Of a stretch of 64,000 nucleotides of DNA, positions 1 through 12,263 are shown in pieces. Under the pieces are notes generated by a model, which was not told where the DNA came from, searched no databases, and saw nothing but the letters and a program-made list of their open reading frames with translations. The first letter of the stretch is position 1; each line of letters starts with the position of its first letter. A program made the position numbers and the translations under genes. The stretch covers positions 1,417,234 through 1,481,233 of the forward strand of contig ML992503.1 in NCBI GenBank assembly GCA_010093995.1, in the 5' to 3' direction. The DNA is from Elsinoe ampelina. Taxonomy: Eukaryota.

Positions 1-74
1 TGACCTCCCTGTCCTCCGCCTCTTCCTCCAACCTCTCCCTCTCCCCCCTCTCCACCTCCCTCCTCCCCCTCATC

Positions 75-141
<67 letters not shown>

Positions 142-3100
142 ACGCCCCCCTCGCCGCCCTCGTCCGTCGCATCTTGCCTTGACTTCCCTGCGCCTCCCCG
201 TGGAGCACCTCATGCAGCTTCCTCCTCTCCTCTTCCAGCTTGATGTCGTGCGCAGCAATCTGGCGCACGTAAGGGGCGATGTCTGTCGAGATGCAGGGGA
301 GGGGGGAGAGGAGGAAGGTGTACCCCCCTGTTCCGCTTGATTGTGGGGCGGAGGTCGAGGGCGGGGGGTAGGAGAGGGGGTCGAGGGCGGTGTAGAATTT
401 TGTGGCTGGGAGGGGAAGGAGGGCTGGGGAGGGTGGAGTGCGGATGAGATTGTGGAGGCGGGAGGAGGAGGGGAGAGGGAGGGAGTGGACTTTGGAGAGG
501 AGGAAGGTCGTGGTTATGGTGAGCTGTTTGCTGAGGCCGGAGGGTTCGGTGACGGGATCGGCTTGGAGGAATGTTGGGTAGTCGGTGTAGCTGAGGCGGC
601 TCTTGGTGGAGATTTGTGGAGTGGTTGCGTCGAGGGGAGTGGAGAGGGAGCAGCCGAGTTGAGAGAAACGTGATGAGGAGATTCGAGACAAGACGTCCGC
701 GGTGGGGAGCAGGTCGAGAGCGCTCAGTGTGTCTGCCATGTTTTCCATCGACTTCAGCGCCGCGAGTCGGTCTCTTTGGTTGAGAGGTGTTGGACTGATG
801 ACGAGTGGCAACTCCGTCAGCTGCAGATGAGATTCATCTCGAGGATCCACGGCCCAATCTGACCATGCTTTTGAGAGCATTTCCTCGTAGTAGCAGTCAT
901 CCTTGAGTGAGGAGTGATCGTTCGGCAAGACGCCCATGGCTGCATGGTAGCTCCCGTTGCTAACGACTCGCTGGGCATCCCCATGCTCGTCGACGCCGGT
1001 ACCTTCCGGAAACCTTTGAAAGATCCAGCTCAATCCTCCACGAGGGTCGCCGACTCCCATTTGACACCAGAACTGCAATTCTGTAATACTCGCTCGTAAA
1101 TCATGCCTTTTGGTTTCATACAGTGATGTGACAGCCTCGCGGCTGATGAGATGGCCCTCCTGCGCAGCCATGAGTAGCAAGTAGTCAACTGCCAGAGTGG
1201 CTGGAGCTGGAGACAACCGAAGGACAGTGTGAAGAACCAGGTCGTCAAGCGGCAGTGATGCCTCGCTCGTGCAAGTCATGACTATGGGCCGTCTCGACGT
1301 CGCCATGACAGAAAGTACGGTTGTCCAAAATGCCTTGTCCTCTTCGAAAAGTATATCGACCTCTTCCAGTAGAATGATAGACTGCTTCTGTTGCCTGTTC
1401 GATGTCGGCTTGGTTTGAACAGCAGGGACATTCTGCTTCTTCTTTGGTTTGGACGGGAGCTTTGGTCCTCCTATTGTGAAGAAAGAGCTCATGGTCCCTT
1501 GTCGACCCGAGTCGAGATCCTTCTGCAGTGCTGCAGCGTGACGAGAGGAGTCTTCATCTGCCGACACATTCCCTGGATCAGCCTTCTCATGGCTCACAAT
1601 ATGATTGCCGAGGACATCTCCTATCCTTTCAAGGACGTCTTTCCCACTTCTCCTGCTTCCAGCATTGATCTCAAAGACTTGGAAGCCAAGCTCTTTGGCA
1701 GCTGCAAAGACCATCGCTGTCTTGCCGCAACCATGTGGGCCACTCAACAGGACAGTGTTTGCCGTCTTCTTTGCATCATTCTGTGCACCCTCCAGGACCG
1801 TACGAATCATACTGCGTCCGCCACTATCTGCCTTGGAACCTTGCGAGAGGGGTTCGTTAAGCTCCGTCAATGCTCCCAACGTGTCCGTCTCGTCACCACT
1901 TGAGACGATGAAGTCGTCCCACTCCTCGTTCTTCTTCCTACGCTTCTTCTTCGGCTTCGCTTCGATAGGTTTGTTGGGACCCGAGGCCGAGACCATGGTT
2001 GTTGACAACACCGTAAGAGCTTTCATCCAGTCTCGCAGCAGTTTTGCCTCATTTCCAGGTTGCAACACCAGCTCAGCTCTGGATGGAGCGTACTTTTGCG
2101 TCCATGGCAGCTGTTCGCCACGGCCATGATCATAAGCAGTCAAATGCGATGGTAGCGATTGCTGGAGCGCCGTTAAAGCCAAATGTTCCACACCACTGGT
2201 AAGCTGTGTCGAAGCTGCCCGAAGAAGTTGCGGGCCAGAAAGCAATTTTCTGTCTGGTACACGGAGTCTTGGGTGAGGATCACGGAAACCGTCAGTCCTC
2301 AAGCGGCCCTCAGTGTACCCCTCAAGAATCTTGCTTGGCGCGTAAGATGAGAAGACGGTGTCAGCGGCATCAAGATATGACGTTTGCTGTTTCTTTTTGC
2401 GGCGCCGCAATGTCGAGGGCGGAGCTATCGCCACAAGGTTCTCATCGCCCCTGACATGTGTAGCACCTAGGAAAGGCCATGTTTCCATCTTCAGGCTGTT
2501 GTGCTTCGTCGACACGTCAACGGGTTCTGTGGGCAAGGCTGACTTCATCGATCTCATCTCTTGCATCTGTCGACGGATCTTGCCTGGCGTCGCGGCGGCC
2601 GTTCTTCTTGGACTTTCTTGATTGGTTGGCTCCGGCTTGCTCTGGGATTTCTTCACAGTCGTCTTGCTCTTCGGCTTGCCCGAAAAGAAGGGGTGTGCTG
2701 ATTTTGCCGGTCCAGTAGCAGCAACCGTCAACGACTTCCTTGGGGGCGGTGGTCGCTGGTAGCGCTCCTCTCCTGCCATTATACGAGATATCCGGTCTGC
2801 AGTGGATTTGTTGTCAAGAAGAGCTTCCGTGCCGTATTGAATAATCACGACCTTGGTCTCCTTCACCTTCTCTTTTCGTGGCCTACCCCTCTTCTTCGGC
2901 ATCGCAGGGCTGTCGTCCATGTTTGTCTGTGCAAAGCTCGAGGGAGAGCCTAGCTTGCCAGATTTGCCCAATTTGAGCATTTTCTTGGGTGGAGTCCTTG
3001 TGTTCGGGTCCACATGCTCGTTCCCGTCAACATCCTTCAGGCCATCGGCGCCTTTGATGACGTCCAAAGCTACCTGCTGGCCCGACGGGCCGACACCAGG

Positions 3101-3571
3101 TGGGATTTGAGTGTTGCCATTCGATACCAGCTCCGGTTCCCGCTTCGTACCATCTCCATTTCCTACGTGCTCAAGCTTCCTCTTTTTGCGTGGGTGTGCA
3201 ACCGATTTGCTTGAGATTGGCCATTGTGTTGCTTGTACGCTACCATAGTCCTTCAGCGCCATGGTGTCGTGGGACTGGGCCGTGTCATTTGCAGCATCTG
3301 CTATCCCATCAAGCTGATGTGAAATTTCCGGACGGGTCGAGACATGCTCTCCTCCTCCAGACTGAATAGCATCACTCGATGATCCTTGCTCGCTTATTTC
3401 CGGCTTACTATAATTGCTTTGGTCGAATGAGGTGTTGTGTGCTGGCAATTCCTCGTGATTTTGGTTTACATTTGCTCCGAGGTGGGAGTGCTGCTGAGGA
3501 GTTCCGAAGAAAGAATGCAGTGTTCCTCGGGATTCATTATTCATAGCAACCAGTACCGAGGTTGCTGCCAT
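1..3571 (-). CDS. ELG1: Elg1/ATAD5-like alternative RFC large subunit (AAA+ ATPase, PCNA unloader); 3' end runs off the window
   Basis: Manual translation of the minus strand from ATG at 3571 (MAATSVLVAMNNE...). The same frame carries Walker A VLLSGPHGCGKTAMV (~1715-1750), ELGFQVFEINAGSRRSGKDV, Walker B IILLEEVDILFEEDKAFW, and the C-terminal DIAPYVRQIAAHD...KMRRTRAARGA typical of fungal Elg1. It is absent from the ORF track, probably because no stop falls inside the window. Confidence 0.9.
76..141. repeat. 66-nt poly-C homopolymer (poly-G on the ELG1 coding strand)
   Basis: Counted directly; lies inside the ELG1 reading frame. Confidence 0.95.
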
Positions 3572-3815
3572 TCGACCAGACCAGTCATGCTGTGTTGAGA
3601 CGGAGATGAATGAATGAGGCACATGTACAGCAGCTGTCGTTGGTTGTGAATTTACCCCCAAAACACGTCACTTGCCGGACGACGTGAAGCGCGTTTGAGT
3701 GGTTGTCGGCCTCCGGCCCGATGATACCGACGACATCTCGAAATTTTGTCCGCGGGGAAGTCAATCTCCATTTTTTGATCATGGACATGCGACACATTCG
3801 TTGCAACCGCATACG

Positions 3816-6493
3816 ATGACAGATCGAATTGGAGAGCCGTATGAGCTCCTGAGTCTTCCCAAGCCATTTGGAGGACCAGGAAGCAGGACTCAAGCGGAGG
3901 CAGTGTGGCAGTATTCGTCAACAAGAATACGATTGCGATCCGAGCTCGTCGTCGCTGTCGACGGAGAAGGATTATACTTGTACGATGTATGTTGTGTCAG
4001 ACAATTCTTCAGACCTGGCTAACATGGCGAAAGGTCGACAATCCACGACTCATAACTTCTTATGCTGTCTCACCAGACACAAGGTTCTCATGTCCACCAA
4101 CATCACTTATCCGCAAGAGGTCAGACCGCAAGCTTGAACGAATCACATACGCCGCTGTCCAGCTCAAGGATAGCCAGAAGAGCCGCATATTATGTTTTGT
4201 CGAAGAGCGGCGGAAGCAAGCCACAGCTGAGCTTGATCAGCCGGCTTGGAAACAATTCGAGATCGATGTGGAAGGCACCGGTCAATCAGCGCTAGCCCTT
4301 CTCGCGGTACCCGTAGATCTGTCGGACCTGGACATTGCCAAGGCAATCAATCTCTGTGTTGTATACAAGCAGCATGTCATCGAATCTTACACGGGTGACA
4401 TCTCACGTCGTCAATTCGTCTTCAAACGAGAGCCAGCGAAGCACAAAGAGTCTACACACGAATTCGCCGCGACAGTGTCTCTGAACTCACTTCGAAAAGG
4501 GCTCTTGAAGGATCGTCAGGATTTGGCAGCAATCATCGAGGACACAGGCATCGATGCTGCACAACCCAACATCCTCTTCCTCATTCGATCAGATCGTAAC
4601 ATGCAGAAAGACAAAAATGAGAAGACAATCATGCTTGCAAGGCTTGTCGGGAGCACGTCCATCGAAGAGCCTGGCAGCTATCTCAAGCGGCATGGTCTGA
4701 TGAAAGTACAAAGGTTGCCAAAGACAACGACAGGCACAGCCACTCGCTTTGAGCTTTCGCACGATGGATTGCAGCTCTCCGCTCAAACAGACGGATTACT
4801 ACACCTGTGGAACTTGACCCAGGGCTTCGTCACGAACACATCTTCGCATACCGAGATCATATCTCATCTGAATCTTGCACACTCCGAAGTACTTGCTTCT
4901 ACTGCGGACACCTGCAGTCTGTACAATGCTCGATGGCAAGCGGAGCGAGCACGCTTCACCGTCGTGGCTTCCGATACGAAGACGAGCGAGAAACGGGCTC
5001 GTGATGCATCGTTACCGGCTCTCAACAGCCTCGACTTTGTGCAGTACTTTGACAGTGCGAGTATTGTTGTCGCTCTCTCTCCTGGGGCGCTTGTTGGCAT
5101 ACCACTCAGCCGGTCATCAGGCAACAAAAAGAGACGCACAGACATGACACTGGCAGACTCCATCGGCAAGGGCGAGACGCCATCTTCCAGCAAGGCAGAG
5201 ACCAAGTTCTCCACCTTTGGTCAACAAGTTCGCGAGCTTGTTCAGAATGGCAATGTTCTTGAACTCGAGGATCTGGTTGCTGCTCAGATAGGGCTGCAGT
5301 CACATACCGACCAGGAGGAGGCTATCAACGGCCATGCTGAAGGCGCCATTGCGCCTGAAAAGGTGTGGAGCTTTCCAAACGACGATGCCATCATCTTGAG
5401 GAGAACCGATCTATCAAAGGCTAAGATTGTCCTTCGCGAATGCGTTGGTAGTGCGTCTCCCGTTGCAGGACATTCGTCTCTGCGCCTGTACAGTGACATG
5501 GTCTTCCGCTGGCTGGCTATCAGCGGCGTGCTTTCATCATTCGGAGACAAGTCGCAGAGGGGTGGCCTGATGGCTGCCCTGGCTGATTACGATAGTACGC
5601 TTGCGATCATGGAAACTGTGCTTAGATGGGACTTTCATCTGGACATTGACGAAATCGTCCAAGCGTTGAGCATCGCGATTGATTCTCTGGATAGTCCCAT
5701 ACCACAACAAGATCAGCTTGAGGACGACTCCAACAACGAGGACGCCGTCAATCAACCTGATGATGATTCTGTAGCAGATGCGACTCAAGCAGCAGAGGAC
5801 GATTTGGCTTTTGCGATTGCCTCACTGAACCATGGGACGGCCATCAGGAGTGGACTGCTCAAATCCATCTTTGACAGACTGTTTGCCTTTCCAAACTCGA
5901 ATATTGTGCAGGCGTTCAAGTCGATGCTCACGCCACGAGAGCTGGTCTTCCTCATCAACCTGCTACGTATCGAGCTCGCAGATGGTGGTTGGACGACGAG
6001 ATACACCGACGAAAGGTACGAGGACGATCTGGATGACGGTCCAGCCGACAACTCCATATCCATCATCATTAAATTGCTCAATTCGGCAATTGACGCGGTT
6101 GGTCCCACAGGATGGAACGTCGGGCTCTCATCGGACAAACAGCTAAACACAGATGAGATGCTCCTGGTACTGCGCGCCGAGGTGAATGCTGCACTCGATG
6201 GCTGTCAGGAATACCAGGCAATCGCAGATACTCTACAGGACTTTACGAAGTACTGTGCACTAGCCGAGCCACTACGTCACAAGAAGAAGAGGAAGGTGGA
6301 TGCATTATGGAATCCAGGCTTCATCAAAGACGAAGCGGAAGACGTCTTATTGCCACTCGGGGCCAGACTAGACAGGATAGAAGGTACGCGAGTCAACAAG
6401 GGTGGACGAGTAGATGTCAAGAGTAAGAACCAAATCGGCCAAGAGATCAGCATGCGGGTGGGGCGGTACTCGATAGACAAGATCCGGGTGTAG
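3816..6493 (+). CDS. UTP8: Utp8-like U3 snoRNP / t-UTP component (2 exons)
   Basis: Exon 1 is 3816-3986 (MTDRIGEPYELLSLPKPF...SELVVAVDGEGLYLYD). Intron 3987-4033 (GTATGT..CTAAC..AAG) joins in frame to the long ORF (VDNPRLITSYAVSP...). The C-terminus LINLLRIELADGGW...IGQEISMRVGRYSIDKI matches Pezizomycotina Utp8-type proteins as I recall them. Confidence 0.7.
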
Positions 6494-6891
6494 CTCTCGA
6501 GGTTCCCATGGTCAGAAACTGCCCTCCATGCCAAGATATTCTTCCACACCTTCACTACCTACTTTCACTTCTGTGGTCCATAGGACATGTGCACATCACG
6601 ACAATTTATTTCTAGCGCACAGCACGCCATTGTCCATCTAATTTGACAAGTACGACTACTCCTCTTCAGGGAGTGACAAGGATCACTATACTGTACAGCT
6701 TCACCTGCCCTGTTCGGAAGGAGCGTAGATCCCACGCCAGACATCCCACTATCACGCGATGTCCCGATACGCAGCGAACGTCCATCATCCTCGGCGGCGA
6801 AACCGACCATGAAAATATATAGCACGAGGCTTTCCCCTCTCCCATGCTTCCCAAACCATCACGACTCACATCCCGACCCCAACAAACCAAA

Positions 6892-7770
6892 ATGCTCCTC
6901 CGCCCCCTCCTCTCCTTGGCAGCCCTCGCCACCACCACCCTCGCCCTCCCAACCACAGCCAACACCACCATCGGCCCCGAGAACGGCTCCCTCGTCATCG
7001 TCGGCGGCGCCCTCACCTCCGACTCCATCTGGCAACGCATCATCGATCTCGCGGGCGGCCCGGACGCGCCCATCGTCGTGATCCCCACCGCCGGCGGCGT
7101 AGCCACCTACGACCAAAACTTCTCCTCGGCACAATCCTTCCGGCGCCTGGGCGCGACCAAGGTCACAGTGCTACACACGTACGATCCCGCGGTGGCGGAC
7201 ACGGAGGAGTTCGTCGCGCCCTTGCTGGAGGCGAAGGGGATTTTCTTCGGCGGAGGGAGGCAGTGGCGCCTCGTGGACGCGTACGCGGGGACGAGGTCGG
7301 AGAGGGAGTTCCAGGGTGTGTTGGATCGGGGAGGGGTGATTTCTGGGTCGTCGGCGGGGGCGTCGATTCAGGGGAGTTTTCTGGCGAGAGGGGATACGGC
7401 GAATAATCAGGTCATGATTGGGGATCACACGGTTGGGTTTGGGTACCTCAAGAATACGGCGATTGATCAGCATGTTTTGGTGAGGAATAGGCAGTTTGAT
7501 ATGTTCGATATACTGAAGGTGTATCCGGAACTGTTGGGGGTGGCGATAGATGAGGATACGGCGTTGATTGTGAACAAGAATGAGGCGGAGGTGTTTGGGT
7601 CGACGTATGCGATTATTTATGATGGGAAGTTTTGGAGTAGGGAGGGGAGTGATTTGAAGAATCTGCCGCCGCCGGAGAGCAGGTTTTACTTTTTGAGACC
7701 GGGTGATAAGTATGACCTGGCGCTGAGGGAGGTGGTGGAGGCCACTGGGCTGATCGGGAATAATGTCTAG
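6892..7770 (+). CDS. Secreted cyanophycinase-like serine peptidase (peptidase S51)
   Basis: Intronless. Signal peptide MLLRPLLSLAALATTTLA; family motifs GSLVIVGG, VVIPTA, FFGGGRQWRL, nucleophile GSSAGA, DQH..RNR and AIDEDTA (Ser-His-Glu triad). Confidence 0.85.
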   Translation: MLLRPLLSLAALATTTLALPTTANTTIGPENGSLVIVGGALTSDSIWQRIIDLAGGPDAPIVVIPTAGGVATYDQNFSSAQSFRRLGATKVTVLHTYDPAVADTEEFVAPLLEAKGIFFGGGRQWRLVDAYAGTRSEREFQGVLDRGGVISGSSAGASIQGSFLARGDTANNQVMIGDHTVGFGYLKNTAIDQHVLVRNRQFDMFDILKVYPELLGVAIDEDTALIVNKNEAEVFGSTYAIIYDGKFWSREGSDLKNLPPPESRFYFLRPGDKYDLALREVVEATGLIGNNV

Positions 7771-7885
7771 ATCGATTCATCAATCCGTGTACGGATTGAT
7801 TTTCCCAATATCTGAGCCTTCTTGTGCAAGTGGTGTAACCGCCTCAGATCGTCTGCGGTTCAGCTTGTTGCGAGATGAATCGCCA

Positions 7886-9793
7886 TCATTCCGTCTTGTG
7901 AAATGCAAGGTGATCGCTGTCATCGAGAAGCAACCGACCCCGCATACTCTCAGATCGCCTCTCCAAGTCCCTCCATGAGGTCGCCATCAACTTATCGCTG
8001 TCCCATCCGATCATGCCTACCAGAAGCGGCACTATGCCCGAAGATTTCCAAGCGACAGCACCCTTCCGGTGACTGTGGAATAACGTGCAAGCTAGGAATG
8101 CTACACTCATCACCACCTCTGCCAGGGGCAGGATGATCCATGGCCACTCGACGCGGATGTAGAGCTCCGAGCTGATGGCCCGACCATCCACTCTCGTGCC
8201 GCTTGGTGATTGGCCAAGAGCGTAGCTCATGCTGTCGCTGATCGAGGCCACTGTCGCTGCACGGTCGGTAGAATTCATCAGTGGTAAGTAGAAGACACTA
8301 CTGCGGCTGGCGGTGAAGACGCTGTAGAGAAAAGCTTGTATGCCTTCAAGGTCGATAGAATCGATCGTAAAGGTGCGATTGCCACTGAACGTGGCCTCTG
8401 TCACGTTGAAAGTGTACCACTTTCGAGGACTTCCACCCACCATGTCGTAGTCACCCTTGATGAGGGCTAAATCGAAATCTTCGGAAGTGCCAGGATGGAA
8501 GGTGCCGTTCACTACTGTCAAGTTCCTGGTCACTCGGCCGCTCCATTGCATCTCGCACTCCAAGACTTCTGGTTGATCCAAACTAAAGGAGCTTTGGAAG
8601 TTGGTCAGGGCCATACGGATGATGCTGCTATCTCTGACGTTGGCCGTTGAGGGGGGCCTCAAAAGCGGTAGTATTAAAGTAACTTCTGCCTCCTACACCC
8701 GAGCTTTCGAAAGAGCCAGCTGCGAGGGTGAAACCGGCTGGCGTAGTGTAATTGCAAAGCTGCCTACCGCGACTGAAGACACATCCGGCTTGGGTATCCC
8801 TAGTCACGTTGCTGCAGATGCTCCGCACCGCAAGAGAAGCGAACTCTTCCCATTCACAATTGGTTGTAGGACACTCAAATTGCTTCGGAGTGCTCAGATT
8901 GAACAATCCGTTGAGGATTGCATCTTGCATGTGGGATCCCATCGTCGAACCTATATGACTCTCAGTATCGATGTTATCATTGCACGTAGTGGATCCTGCT
9001 TACCGAGACCTTCACTAGGCCCCCTCGTGGTTCTGTATTCTCCATACTGAGAATCATAGATCTGGCTTCTGTAGAACACAGCACCATCATTCAAGACAGA
9101 TCTTGCTGGGTATGACAGAAGCTGTTGGGCGAAAGGTCCCATGGCAAGCGTCAATATAGTGATCAGAGAGCCCCATGTGGCAAGCTTTGAGCCCACGTGC
9201 AATCTTCGAATCAATTCAAAGGAGCCCCATGGTCCACGGCTAGCATCCTCGAATGTCTGAACATCCCGCAGCGGTCTAGGAGGACCCATGAGATGTATCC
9301 ATTTCAATTGGCTGAAACCAGAAGCGACTGGTACGAGCAGAGCTGTACGGGACAGAGTAGAGAGAATGGCGATGAATGTGTTCAGAGTAATGCCAAAGAC
9401 GAATTCCCAGCGTGATAGTGGTCTCTGGTCGTTCGCCGCCAGCACTCCGACGACTGCCGCGAAGCAGCCGAGACTGAACAGAGATGCTGCGAACTCCCAT
9501 TGCCAGTCTCTCACTCTGAAGCGTGATGGCTTGCGCAGTGGATGTCGCGCGGGCTCGATCGGGCGTAGTGTCCGCGTGGATGATGCAGAAAGGTTGCGAG
9601 GGGTTGGCATCCATTCGTCTAGACTAGATGTGCCGTGGTCGTCCTGATGCTCAATCTCAGTGTCGTCGCTACGTTGTGGGAGAAGATTTTGATTCTCGTC
9701 CCGTGTAACATTCCTTCCGGTCGCGCCGGACGAAGTAAGATGCTGCAAAGGATGGTACTCCTGCCCATCCGAGGAATTGTGTGTCGATTCCAT
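7886..9793 (-). pseudogene. DUF3176-family membrane protein; one intron plus an apparent frameshift near 8655-8665
   Basis: Motifs WQWEFAASLFS, ITLNTFIAILS, SQLKW, FEDASRGPWGS, GPFAQQ, CPTTNCEWEEFASLAVRSIC, YIRVEWPWIILP and WKSS. Clean intron at 8951-9003 (GTAAGC..TAG). Homology continues across a frame change between ORFs 8628-8942 and 7886-8662 with no convincing intron. Confidence 0.7.
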
Positions 9794-10432
9794 CTAGGCT
9801 TGCTGTCCGTGTTTCAAGATGCTGGAATGCCCGCAGATGGAAGGGCTGGAAATGTACATCTTCTTCCGTACATCAACGGAATTCAGGCAGCGACCTACCT
9901 GTACGACACCAGAATTGATAGGACCTGCATGACCATGGGCCCGTCTCGCGCATGTTGCACAAGTCGTCACAGGACGACTACCTGAATGAGAACGTCCATC
10001 CTGTTGGCTGAGTACGGATGCCCTGAAGACGACCGACGACGTGGCCTCGAGTACCACTTATTGATACGAGACGCATCTGAGCTGTACCTCTAAACGTCAG
10101 AGGAAGATGGCTTTGCCTCTGGAGGTGTCCATGTCGAAGAGGCCCGAGCGCCTTCTCTCGGCCATGAAACGAGCCGAGGTTCGGCGGTGCTGAAGTTGCG
10201 GAGAAATAATCAAAGGATTCCACCTGATCACCTCGACCACAAAACCACGTCTCCCTACAACCACACTCTTTTGAGTCTCATATACATCACACACGGCAGG
10301 CGCAGGGACCTGCTATACAGATCTACAAAGATTGACACCTTCCTGCTCACTCCTGAGCTCCTGTCAACGATCGCAAACACCCCTCCACCCAAACACCCTC
10401 CCACCTCTCTCTTCACCACCACCCTCGCAACC

Positions 10433-11290
10433 ATGGCCTCAATCTCCACCCTCCCCTCCAAAGCCCGTGCCCTCCTCCTCTCCTCCCTCTCCACCCTCGA
10501 CCGCTCCTCCACGCGCCTCTCCGCCATCCTCTCCACCTCCACCGGCATCGACAAATTCATGCTCACCCTCTACTACACCCTCAAGCTCATCTACCCACAA
10601 ATCTCGCGCCTCCGCGCCCTCCGCCTGCAACACCACCTCTCCGCCTTCCTCACCAAAGCCAACTCCGCCCTACTTCCCGGCGAATCCCTCGTCGCCGTCC
10701 TCCAGCTCAGCAAAACCGACGCCTGGCTCGCGGAGGCAGACAAGAGCATGCGTCTCGCGGCGGCCATGGTGAGTGAGTTTCGCATGATCACGAGGCTGTG
10801 GGGCTTGTTGACGATGTACCGGTGGGCCAAGGGGACGTGGGTCGCGCCGCCGGCGGACGGGGTGGTCAAGGCCGCGACGTGGGGCCAGATTGTGGCGTGT
10901 ACGGTGTATCAGGCGTTGGAGAATGTGGCGTTTTTGGCGGGTAAGGGGATATTGAGAGGGGAGGCGGTGGGGCCGGAGAGGCAGAAGGCGATGTGGTTGT
11001 GGAGTTGTAGGGCGTGGTTTGTGCACACTGCTTTGGAGGCGGTGAGGTTGGTGAGGACGAGGCAAATCCAGGGGTTGGGGGAGAAGGAGGGCGTGAATGG
11101 GGAGGTGAGTGCGAAGAGGAGGGAGGAGGAGAAGGCGTGGTGGAGGAGTTGGTTTGTGAATGCGGCGTATAGTCCGATGGCGATTCATTATAGTGTTGAG
11201 GGCGGGTTGATTGCGGATGACACGCTGGGTTTGCTGGGATTGGTGGTAGGTTACACTACGTTTGGGCATATGTGGGCGCAGAGCTCGTGA
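10433..11290 (+). CDS. PEX11-family peroxisomal membrane protein (Pex11C-like)
   Basis: GIDKFMLTLYY, EFRMITRLWGLL.MY.W, YQALENVAFLAGKG, WLWSCRAWFVH, NAAYSPMAIHYS, and a hydrophobic C-terminus. The first ATG in the ORF is at 10433. Confidence 0.75.
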   Translation: MASISTLPSKARALLLSSLSTLDRSSTRLSAILSTSTGIDKFMLTLYYTLKLIYPQISRLRALRLQHHLSAFLTKANSALLPGESLVAVLQLSKTDAWLAEADKSMRLAAAMVSEFRMITRLWGLLTMYRWAKGTWVAPPADGVVKAATWGQIVACTVYQALENVAFLAGKGILRGEAVGPERQKAMWLWSCRAWFVHTALEAVRLVRTRQIQGLGEKEGVNGEVSAKRREEEKAWWRSWFVNAAYSPMAIHYSVEGGLIADDTLGLLGLVVGYTTFGHMWAQSS

Positions 11291-11572
11291 GGATAATTTG
11301 TACATATGATGGTGTTGGTACATACGCATATATTGGGTGGCTGATGTCGTTTATGTAGTCTTCGCATATCCATGTCTGACATGTGTACCGATTCAGCTCA
11401 CTCCCAGCTCTCTCCGTAATGATTCTCGTTGTCAGGCGAAGTCGATCATGACTCTCAGGCTGTCTTTGGGGTAGCAGCTGCTCCAGCAAGATGGACGCCG
11501 CATTCGTCGTCGCGTGCTTTGCAACGTGGCTGACCTACCACGACTCCACCGAACATCGCTCGTCGCGCTCGT

Positions 11573-12080
11573 TCATAGCATCCTATTCTCCTTGTTGACA
11601 TCCCACCTTGCCTCTCCACTGATATCCTTGATCTGTTCCAAGGTGCTTCCTAGCTTGACCACGCTGTACCGGATCATCCTTGGGTCCAGGCCCAGCGTTC
11701 TCCTGACAGCATGCTGTGTCCGTGACGAACTGTCGAATCGTACGATGAAGTGATGGCCGAAGTGGTGTACTGCGTTATGCCGTCGTTGTGGTTTCGGTAA
11801 TAAGAACGTGCCCCAGTTTGTGATACCTCGAATGACTCCGCCGGCGTTGAGGATAAGTGTTGATGTGGTCTTTGCGATTCTGAAGATACTCGTCAGCTAT
11901 GTTGATCTGTTTCGTCTCGTCCAGCGCTCGTCGGCATGTTAAGCTGCTGGTTAGTCTTGAGAGGAGACTCACTCTCGCACCTCGGCGACTTTGCCGGGTC
12001 GCACCTGTCATTATCAGTATTTTGCCTCTGTGAATTGTCACCCATCTACTCACGATCCCTATCAGCTCATAAAGTGGCAT
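11573..12080 (-). CDS. MRP17: Mitochondrial ribosomal protein bS6m (3 exons)
   Basis: Spliced translation MPLYELIGI/VRPGKVAEVRE/IAKTTSTLILNAGGVIRGITNWGTFLLPKP...HFIVRFDSS...LGLDPRMIRYSVVKLG; stop TGA at 11573-11575. Confidence 0.9.
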
Positions 12081-12263
12081 TACCTCCTTGTATCATGCTC
12101 GGATGTGCTTGAAATAAAATCGTGGATTTGCGGTCCAAAAGAGGAAGTCAAAAGCATGCCGGGCTTGGCGTTTCGGTATCGCAGACTAGGGCTGCAGCCG
12201 ATGGTACCCCGTTTCGCTGTTTTGCAATTTTCCAGCGACTCATTTTTTCTACCTACAGACGCA

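Noticed and set aside
341..2129. Plus-strand ORFs in the ORF track at the window start
   Set aside because: They are antisense to the ELG1 frame, which carries all the conserved AAA+ motifs.
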